A stretch of DNA of 64,000 nucleotides, from assembly GCF_964204645.1 (NCBI RefSeq), contig NC_134027.1, positions 1,954,485 to 2,018,484 on the forward strand, read 5' to 3'. The notes beneath the pieces are model-generated. The model was not told the DNA's origin, searched no databases, and worked only from the letters and a program-made list of their open reading frames with translations. A program made the translations under genes and the position numbers. Below are positions 53,880-64,000 of this stretch, in pieces (the first letter of the stretch is position 1; each line of letters begins with the position of its first letter). The stretch is from Tubulanus polymorphus (taxonomy: Eukaryota; Animalia; Nemertea).

Positions 53880-54578
53880 CAGTGCCAGGGCCGAATATAG
53901 TAGAATTGAAATTGAATTGGTAGCAAGAACGGCTTCGCTTTTCAAGTAACGTTAGGCCTTACAAGTAACATTAGTAAATACTATTTCATCCTGGCCCAAA
54001 AGATATTTCGAAGCATATATTTATAATGTCATATTAAACTGCTGTAAGAAACTCCTGATAGCGAATGAATAAAACCGCTGATAATAACCAATTCAATTCA
54101 ATAAAGATTTATTGCTTCCGATTATGGGACAGACACGGCAAATAAAACAACCCAACCCCACAGAACCCTGGTGCAAACTATTTTTGACCCCGATATCATA
54201 GCTAAGTACTACATAAAAACATATATAGTACCAATAGGATACTGGGGTCGGGCCCCGCAGGCTCTGGTGCCCAACCCCAGGCCAGTAGGCCTATTCGGAA
54301 TACTATTTCGTCAAGTCCCCTGTGCTATTAGAATAGCAGATCGTCCAGTCCTGAGGAGAGTGGCTGGTTCGTAGCACTCCTTCTGTACGCACTGTGAGTT
54401 GAGCTCATGTCAACTGGCCACCGAATCCCACCTGTCGTCCTCTCAAGTTGAAATGGATGTCATCGTCTGAATACCAGATGATTTGCGCGGTTTCCGGGTT
54501 CCCTTTGGGAACAGCGGCTAGATATTAGACGACTACAAACATAGTTTGTAAAAATTTTTCTTAACACTTACAGTTTAA

Positions 54579-56295
54579 ATGGCAAGTGAACATTCTTACA
54601 GTGAGGAGATAGCGCAGTTAGCCGGACAGGGCAATATCATTCTCGTAAAGGTGGACAAACAGCGTGAAGATGAAATCATGGAAGAATGTGAAGGCATCGA
54701 CATAGAGGGACAACCTTCGAGTTCAATAGAATGTTCGACGAGAGAATCGAGATATTTCACATCGAGTTTCATAGATTTATACCGAGAATTAGAATGTCTG
54801 TGGAATTTGAATATACCGGAATGTAAATCAAAGACAGAGCGAGCTAAAGCGTATCAGTTATTGTGCCAGAGATTTGACATGGATGGTCAGTTTCATTATC
54901 TTTCACATTACAACGTTTCATAGCAATTCTTCAGAGTCCTCCAAAGTTTCGAAATGGTAATGGGTCGATTCAAGGCCTTGAGTATCATGGAATGGGTTCT
55001 AAAATCCTTGAATCATTGTCGTGGTCCTTAAATGGTATCTGGCTTACCATGTGAATACAATTAGAAGTTTTTGGTCACACATCATCTATAGTGTACAGTA
55101 TATCAGATCATTATATTGTTAGGTCTAGTAAAACTAGGCCGGTCATTAATCTAACTCCAATGACAACAATGATTCTGGACAATGCAAATATGATGGTTAT
55201 GACGATTATATATGTCCTGGAATTGGAGTAACAAAGTCCTTGAAAGTCATAAGATGAAATTGGTCATGGACACTGCAGACCCTGCTGTCAATCAATCACA
55301 TTTCATTTATGAAAATTATTTTTTCATTTTCTCTTCAGAAAGAGATGTGAAAGCGAAGATATCGAGTTTACGAACGTACTACTCGAAAGAACTCGCTAAA
55401 CATCGAAGATCTTCAGCAAAAGGCGAGGTTTATGTCTCAAAATGGCCTCATTCTTCACAGCTTGATTTTCTCACTGATTTCATCGTTCCGAGAGGCCAAA
55501 TGCGAGTCCGGCATTTTTCAGTAAGTTTTCATTTAACGATTTAGGGGGATGGGTATCACCCAAATTCTGCATAAGTCTTTTACCTCTAAGCATTCTTTTA
55601 TTCTAAGACTTGTTATCCTAAAAACGCCTGCCATTTTCTCGATGTTGAATTGTTTTTGAGTGGTATTTTCCATGAAAGTTGCAATTTGATCATTTATAAA
55701 AAACCTCACAATTTTGGCGGGAGACCAGTTTTCAACATTTTCGGTAGACCAAATTATTGTGTGGTACTTTTAATCAAAGATTTTCATTAGATAAATTCAA
55801 TCTTAATTCATTCTAGAAGATCAAGCTTTTTTAAGCAAACCACTGAATAGTTCTGGGTAAGAAACGTTACTTTTTTCTCTCTTTTCGTTGTAGAAGCGAA
55901 GAATAACTGTTGAAAATGATTCTGATCAACTCGACGACGCTTTAAGAACAATCATGGACGATCAAAATTCGGAAATCAATTCAGAGATCAACAACCACCA
56001 CTCACCGCGTAAAAGAATTAAACTATCAACGCCAGAAGTTCATTCGTTCTCGGCGTCACCGATGTTGACCGCAACGCGACAAGTTAATTCAGGCAAAGAG
56101 GATAAACTGTTACAGGCGACTGCTAATTTGTTAAAAGTGTCCGAGAATAGCATGTTTCATAATGACGACCCTGATGCTTTATTCGGTCGTCATATTGCTA
56201 ACGAACTCCGCGCGATTGACGATGATCGCATTAAGAAAATGGCGAAAATGAAAATTCAAAACGCGATTTTTGAAGCTCAATACAATTCGAGTTGA
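54579..56295 (+). CDS. MADF (Myb/SANT-like) domain protein with C-terminal BESS-like motif
   Basis: Exons 54579-54885, 55339-55520 and 55894-56295 splice in frame. FIDLYRELECLWN...KAKISSLRTYYSKE...YVSKWPHSSQLDFL is a MADF pattern. DALFGRHIANELRAI...KMKIQNAIFE is BESS-like. Confidence 0.85.
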
Positions 56296-56734
56296 TTTTA
56301 TAACTTCCGTTTTTGTTGCGTTTATTTTAACGATGTTCAAACATTTATGAATTTCCTGAAATAAAATATTTTGCATGAAACTTTCGAGGCTTTTGATAAT
56401 TTTTTTCAAGGATTTTGATTTCGGAGTACGAGTGGATGGTCTTGGATTTTTTTACAAGATTGCCTCTCAAAGAAAACTCACAAACAACTAAACTATTTCA
56501 ACAGTTTTAGAATGGCCCATAGTATTGAATCGAAATGCCAATATAGAAATCGGATTTAATACAGATAGGTGTAAAAATGTGTTCTTTTTATTTGGGGTTC
56601 GACCCTGATTTGTTGTTTGCTGGCGAACATACAGTGCTGCCATCTACATTGAGCTGGAACAAGGAAGTCAAGTTAAAAATGGTTTTATAAGGTGTTATTT
56701 TCGGTGTATATAAGTCACCCTGTTAGTGATCGGG

Positions 56735-59700
56735 ATGGCTAATGTATTTGGATATCAGAATCGCGAGGTGGTTCGAGTGAAAGTTAAGGTACAAATAAAT
56801 TAATCATCGAAAGATCACATACGTCAAAACAAAAAGTCAAATCAAATGCAAATGAAGTCCTGTTGCTGTTTATTGAAGAAGAATTTATTTATACGATGCA
56901 TTGTTTTTATGTTTGATATTTTTGGTGAACTGGTACTGCCAATTCATTCAAATCCAGATTACTAACTGCTGTGTTATTTCTACAGTTAGGCTAAGGTTTG
57001 ATTGGTCTCTACCGATTACGTAATTCTCTACTGCTTCTGGCTGCTGGCACTGCCACTGGTCATTAATATTCTCTTCCTATTCAGGAATAAGGTTATATGT
57101 AAAACTAATTGAGTTTGTGATGCGGAATTTCTATTTTTTAACCGGAATACATTCAATCAAAACCTGCCTTATATTTGGTTAAGATTTTCAGGGGTAGTTT
57201 TTACCCTTCTATCATGAGTCGAGAGCTATGCACAGAACCATAGTTAGTGCCCAAAATCAAATATTCACAACAGTATTCTAGGTAACACTTGTGTTTGTTT
57301 GATTTTGGACATTCAGCTATAGTTAGTGTGAAAACTCCACTCGGGTACATTTCAAGTTCATTAGACCTTGGAGTAATCATTTAGACTAATAGTCGACAGT
57401 AAACTGATATTATACGTTTTGTATTTTACAGAAATGTGATGGTTTGTTTCAACCTGAATATAAGAAGTTCAGCGTTGATCCACAGTTGACTTCATTTGAA
57501 GTACTGCAGAGTTTGCTGGCGAGGGCATTTGACATAAAAGGGTAAGTTCTTTCTCAAACTCGATCTCATCTTCTCTGTACAAACTCTGATAAGTGTTTAG
57601 TAATGTCCGTAAATTGTTAGTACGTAGATTTCCACTCAGGGATTTGTCACAATTGATAGTGAATGAATAAAACCAGTATCAGTGACCAACCCAGTATCCA
57701 TAACAATACTGAATTATATATTAGGCCTACCCAGTATTTTATCATACAGGGATACTAGGGTTGGTCACTGATACTGGTTTTATTCACTCACTATCAATTG
57801 TGACGAGTCCGTGTGGTTTTCTAGAAATTACGTTATTTGGTCAGTGTTTGGTGTGGGTTATATTTGAAATTAATTGAAATGAGAGGAAATTTGATTGAAG
57901 GTTACAAATTGATAATGATTAATAACAACAGATGACATTCTCTCCCTTAATTTACTTGACCTGATGACGTTAATATTGAAATCAATTGTAATCTCCTCAA
58001 TAAAGCTTATGATGTCGTATTGGTAACATATTGTGTTATAGTTTATCCCCTCTATGCGAGGATAATTATTTCAAGTACTATCAGATCAATAGGTTCGAAT
58101 CAATAATCTGTTTCTTTGAATATATCTACTCGTGTTAAACCCATCTAATAACATCAATGTATTCCTCAGTAATGTGGTGGTGACTCATTTCTCGTGCATT
58201 TAATTGATATGAATATCGTCCGTGGTTGAATTATATAAAGAATTCTCTCAGTCTTATACCCACCACTATATACTAATGATACGATATCGTGTTACACCAG
58301 TGTTATATCATCGTCATCGGAGGGTTTTTTGATTAGTTTCTCTGATAAGAATGGTTTCGTAATAAATGTGTCGGTATTACTCCCAGGGGAATGGTTATTA
58401 CTGTATGATATAAAAGCTGATTGAGATATTTAGCCGTAATTAGAAAGATGAGAATACGAAGTATTCCGTTTGAACATCAAATTAGCTGTTGTAATGTTTA
58501 TTTTCAGGCCGTTTACGATCAGCTATTTGTCGAAAGACACAAATCTACATGAAGTGTACACGTCGCTACTTTCCGATTGGGACTTGGACGCCGCTTTTCT
58601 GAGCGCGTCCGATCCTTGCCTACGAATTAAAGTCGATCTTAAACCGTTTGATGAAGGTAAATACAGAGATAAATCCTGAAACGATGATTGTCATTGATAA
58701 TATGATGATATCACACGATAACAATGAAAAACGACGCCAAAATTTTCTTGGAGCGTAATGCTTTTATCCTATTAGTCATATCCTGAAAATTAAGAGATTT
58801 TATTTGGATGATTATTAAAATATAGTTGAATTATTGGCTCTATTTAACATTTCAGACTCATTTGTCCTTCGAGTGTTACATTTTTATTATCATTACAACA
58901 CAGATTCCTCGGAGTGTTTTATCAAAAGCTGGATCAATGATGTTTATATGTTAACAGTTGTGTACTGTATGTATCATGTTCTAATCAAATTCAATATCAT
59001 CTGTTCATCATTCAGGTTTAGATGATTGGGATATAATTGCGCCGACCGATGTCGCTCCTAATCAGAGAACGACGACGCCATCTAGCGCTCCGGTTGTTAC
59101 ATCGTTGGATAAACAGCCGTCGTTTCTAGGCAATCTCACCGGACAAATCAGTTCTCAGATCGGCAAAACGGTTTTTAATGTTCAGAAAGCTGTCGGTAAG
59201 TTTATTTGAAATATATCGGATTTCATTCATCTAATCGATAACCGGTGATTTTCAAATTCGATTATCTTCTGTATTTTTCTAATACATTACACTTTCGAAT
59301 CTCTGTCTTTAAAATTCATTCTAATTGTAAATACGTTTTTTCCACGTGAATACGGATCTATCGTATTTTCTTTTTTTCTCTTTAGTCTGTACTTTTTGTA
59401 CGAAATGAAGACTTAATTATAATTTCTGTATTTTTCTGTTGTAGGGATAAAATCAGACGATGATTTGTATAAACCGGTGAAATCACCGATGGGAGACGCT
59501 GAATTTCATACGTTCCTAGATGGAGACGGTCGTTTAATGCATCAACAAGCTCTTCGTCTGAGCGTCTACCGCGGTGGGGTAGAACCGTCTCTTCGACGCG
59601 TCGTTTGGCGACATTTATTGAACCTATTCCCGGAAGCGTTGACCGGTCAAGAAAGATTCGCGTTCCTGAAAGCGAAGTCTGAGGAGTATTATCAGTTGCG

Positions 59701-61390
59701 CGATAAATGGCGCGACGCGGTGAAGAGCGGAGTTTGTACGGAAGATGTGAAACATATCACGAATATGGTGAAGAAAGACGTCTTGCGAACGGATCGAATG
59801 CACAAATTTTACGCCGGCTCCGATGAGAATAAAAATGTCCTCGCGTTATTCAATATTCTGGTGACGTACGCCCTCGCGCATCCTAGCGTATCGTACTGTC
59901 AGGGTATGAGCGATATCGCATCCCCGATTCTCGTCATTCAGAAAGACGAGGCTCAGGCTTATTTATGTTTCTGCGCGATTATGCGCCGTATGAAAGTTAA
60001 CTTCATGCTCGACGGGTACGCCATGTCGATTAAGTTCCAGCATTTGACCGAACTTTTGCAATATCAGGATCCAGAATTTTTCCAATACCTTAAAGAGCAA
60101 GGCGCGGACGATTTATTGTTTACATATCGTTGGTTGTTGCTCGAATTGAAACGTGAATTTCCGTTCGACGACGCGTGTTTCATGTTGGAAGTAATGTGGA
60201 GTTCTCTTCCGCCGGATCCGCCTGATTCCAATATAGATCTGGTCGAACCGAGAGTCGTTTTAGACGACATTATTTATAAAACCGGTAAAGTCGTGTCTCC
60301 TGTAAATGGTAATAATGGTAAATTAGTGAGGCAGGAAAGCGCGTACCAGCGTCTGAGAACCCTGCGACGTCAAGCTACGAGTCCGTGCACGAAATCACCC
60401 CCGACTGTCATCATCGAAGATAGCGAACGTGTTGTTGAGTCGTCGGATGCTTGCGGCGCCGTCGGGAAAAAAGAATCGTTGAAGTTAGATTTACGCAACG
60501 GTTCAGCGGCGAATACGACAAAATTCAGTCCGGATATAACCCCCCTCGAAGAGGAGAAATTCATCGAGGAATCGCAGGATTTTCTGAGTTTGGAAGATTC
60601 GTTTACGTCGTCGATTCTGGCGAAATCGACGAGTATCGATCGTTCGCTCGAAGGTCCGGTCGTCGTAACGTCGCAGTCGCCGCAACCGAAATTAGAACGA
60701 CAAGAAGCGCTAGAACGACGCGATTCTAAGAGAGAAATCAACGGTTTTGAATCGTTCACCGATTCGAGTCCCGGCGGTGAAGGTATCGTTATTCCGGTCG
60801 TATCCAGTTCAACAGCTTCGTCTACTACTTATCTGATAACCGATTCATCTTCGAATCGTTCAAATACGTCTAGTCATCTTCATCAATCTGAATCTAGTCC
60901 CGATTTATTAAAATCATCCAACAACGGCAATAATTCACCTCCGTTTAATAATAAAGAAATCTCAGTTGATTCCAACGAGAACATTTCCAGTCCTTCGAAA
61001 CGTAAAACGCGACCTCCAAATCTTCAAATACCCGATTCAAATTTTAATAAATCTGACTCGCCATCTTCGGGTAGCGAGAAATCGAGTAGTTTAGACTTCA
61101 TTAAAGTTAGGGACCCATTGCTGAAATTACCTTCACCCGATTCTTTCGGCTTCGGCAATCCATTCATGATGTTTCTATGTTTGACATTACTTCTGCAGCA
61201 TAGAGATCACATAATGCGTAATAATATGGACTATAATGAACTAGCGATGCATTTCGATAAGATGGTGCGCAAGCATAGCGTGTACCGCGTGCTAAACCAG
61301 GCCCAATCCTTGTACGCCATTTATTTGAAAGCCCAACAGGCAAAGCTCGATAGAAATGGAGACAGTTCTGAATACGATGTCAGCGTCTGA
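56735..61390 (+). CDS. TBC1D25: TBC1 domain family member 25 (Rab GAP, OATL1)
   Basis: Exons 56735-56788, 57432-57541, 58508-58656, 59016-59195 and 59445-61390. N-terminal VVRVKVKKC...FSVDPQLTSFEVLQ, LLSDWDLDAAF, LIR motif DDWDII, R-finger KDVLRTDR, Q-finger YCQGMSD and C-terminal GNPFMMFLCL. Confidence 0.95.
57637..57813. mobile_element. MITE with ~56-bp TIRs (CAGGG-ended, hAT-like) in TBC1D25 intron 2; half copy at ~49025-49080
   Basis: CAGGGATTTGTCACAATTGATAGTGAATGAATAAAACCAGTATCAGTGACCAACCC ... GGGTTGGTCACTGATACTGGTTTTATTCACTCACTATCAATTGTGACGAGTCCGTG. Confidence 0.85.
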
Positions 61391-63558
61391 AATCTATAAG
61401 AATACTTAATCCCTTTAGAATCGTATCCCATAGTTATAAAGAAAGATTGGATTAAAGTGCAATGAATGATAGAAAGTTACCTTCCTTATTATGCTTGTTT
61501 CAATCGGCACAGATAGTTCTTACAATAAGGGTTTACAGGTTTTTGGGATATGACTATCATTATTGAGGTTAACTATTACAGAACTGTGAGCTGTACAGCT
61601 GGATACTGACTGGTGGATAACATTCCTAGATTCGAAAATAAACTGTAACTAATTGTAAGAAATTCCACAAATGAAAACCTAAAGTTCAAAAATTTATTTC
61701 AAAAAGTGATTTATTGAGACTTCAAAGTTGAGGCTGTATTTCTAACAGTAGTTGTCAGGTTGATGGCTGATATTGTGAATTTCTATAAACTTTTCAATTT
61801 TTGAACCTTTAGGATTCATTGGGTGTTTTCTTGATAATATTTTTCACAGATGATTGTGTTTCAATGACTCCCATAGCATTGTAAAATATTAGGTATAAAC
61901 TGCATGTTTTTACTTAGTTCTCATTTTTCAAGAACTTTTGCTCTCTGTACTTACTGTACCAGATACATAACTGCTATAGAAGAGTGTCTTGTTGGCTTTA
62001 TTAGTGTTCATTGAAGGCTTCCATATTGTTAGAAAATCTTTTATAATCTGTATGAGTTAACAGCTATTATTCTTGCATTAATCGTGCTATGTTGTGATAT
62101 TGTCATTTTCATTGCCCGGTCTTTAAGATAATCAACATTTTTCTTTAATTTGCGCTTTAAACATTTACTGGCCAGTGTATGATACTGATATGTCACTGAT
62201 AAGACTGAGACTTACGGTTAGAGATGATTGATTCTGTGATGAATACAATACACAATATGTCTGCATTCTTAAATTTTGTTCAGTTTATGTGATAACTTTT
62301 TTAGTTTCACTTGCATTTGTTAAAAGTCTAGTCGACAATACAACTGCCTGTAGTGTGTATATATTGATCGATATATTTTTGATATAGCTGTAGAATAGAA
62401 TTTCATAGAAATTCTTTGAATCACTGTCTACTGGTTCTTGTCTCTAAGCATGTTGTCGGGATGAATTTTTGAATTTAACGGTACAAGTAGTTTTCGATTA
62501 TCTGGCTTAGGGACTTACAAATAATAGTGTTATAATCATTGTTACTTAACCATCTATGATCAATTTAAAAAAAGAAACAGAAACCATGTTACTTAACATT
62601 TGATTATTTATGTATGAATGAGTGAGGATGTTTCAATTCCGAATAGATTCATCGTTAAATCCAGTTCGAAAATGTGGTATTCCAATTCTGTGTTCATGAA
62701 AAAAAAGATAAGGTCAGGTATGATTTAGATCTAGGAATATAATGTAGTAGGCACCGTTGTTAGAATTTGCTCTAGTCAGCTGTTGTTTTGTTATGTATAG
62801 ATGTATCTTGTGTGTGAGATTAATATTTTCAATGAGAGATTGTATTATTATACATTTTGTTTTTGTTAAACTCGTGGTGTCAGGAAATACGTTGTATTTA
62901 AAATCTAAACATCATCTGGTATGGAAAATATACTTATATGCTCTACATAATTTATCATTGATTGTAGTTGATTGTGGATCAATTCTGATATTTCCATCAT
63001 TTTAGAAGATACATCCATAGGTCCAAATATTCAAACAAGCATTCATGATATGTGTTTTAAAACATAGGTTGATTTATTGCTTAAGACATTTAAAATAACA
63101 TTATACATATATTGAGTATGCTAATGTAGCAGTACACAGACAGGTTACAACCATCAACTTCATATCACAGACCTATAGGTTTTCAATCCATCTCTTGTAA
63201 ACGTTGTCACGGCCCAAAAACAGCGAGTTGTACATAGAGTAAACTAACACATGCGGATCGAAACACATGGAAGAGGAGAGTGAGGGAGGCTACTCAACAA
63301 TTGCAACAGTTTATTTCGAATGGAAAGTTTATTATCGATATCTAGATGAGAGTATGATTTTTTCCGGTATTCAGCGAATGATTTCTGTACATTCCACATT
63401 GTCCTAGATGCTGAAATAGAAGACAAACGTATTTTTTACTGCTAGTGAAGTTATATACAAAATCTATTCTCGACAAAGTGGGACTGACGAAAGTGGCCCG
63501 AGGTAAGCGGTGCCTGAGTTAAGGATCAGAAAAATAAGATAGGAAATTTAGAAAACTG

Positions 63559-63685
63559 GGGCCAGTTGCTCAAAGGTTGGTTAGAGTTAACCAGTGGATT
63601 GTTGACATAGTGACAATTAAAAGTTCAATGTTACTATGGTATTTATCCGCTGGTTATCTTTAACCAATTTTCGAGCAACTGGGCC
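63559..63685. mobile_element. PIF/Harbinger-like MITE with CTG target duplication
   Basis: CTG|GGGCCAGTTGCTCAAAGGTTGGTTAGAGTTAACCAGTGGAT ... ATCCGCTGGTTATCTTTAACCAATTTTCGAGCAACTGGGCC|CTG. Confidence 0.85.
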
Positions 63686-64000
63686 CTGATTTTTCTTATG
63701 TCTGAGTTGGTTGAGGTTTTACTGTATGCATCATTAATTCTGAAAACGTTACCTCTGAGAATTTTTGTGACTTGCAATGAAAACACGTGGGCATTGTGTG
63801 AACAGTTGGAACATGTGAGCCATATGTAGACGATGTTGTTCTGTACATCGGATTATGGGTTTGTGTGCCGTACCCTTTCAGCCATTCTGAAATTATATAA
63901 AATCATTTCAAGATTTATTTGAAGTTTTCACGATTCGAAAAACCAGTTCGATCTGATCAAAGAAGGCTTAACGTATTATCTTATAAAAAAAGAACAGAGC

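Noticed and set aside
60064-60759. Several overlapping and antisense ORFs within the large TBC1D25 exon
   Set aside because: Expected by-products of a long GC/CpG-richer coding exon.
63480-63530. CTGACGAAAG as a hammerhead core
   Set aside because: No stem II followed by GAAA; it looks more like the interior of a Tigger-like MITE.

Overview
AT-rich animal (invertebrate, probably lophotrochozoan-type; inferred) genomic DNA with compact, short-intron genes. Ten spliced protein-coding genes can be reconstructed by hand: TRAF7-like (+, 5' end outside the window), MFSD3 (-), MDP1 (+), G6PD (-), a transglutaminase (-), KIF4 (+), two head-to-head carotenoid oxygenases (BCO/NinaB family), a MADF-domain gene (+) and TBC1D25 (+). 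The window also holds many MITEs, minisatellites and one complete non-autonomous Helitron whose empty site can be rebuilt. Strongest observations: (1) a diverged array at 24.4-26.8 kb in which six copies all keep canonical GT/AG splice sites around 79-106 nt introns but have no continuous ORF, a candidate modular lncRNA; (2) a five-copy ~1.52 kb amplification of the TRAF7-like terminal exons, poly(A) signal and CTCF-like motifs; (3) a BCO pair in which only one copy has a mitochondrial-type presequence, with patchy gene conversion between the two; (4) a KIF4 that appears to lack the C-terminal cysteine-rich domain. Exon coordinates were read by eye and may be off by a few bases. No database searches were run.
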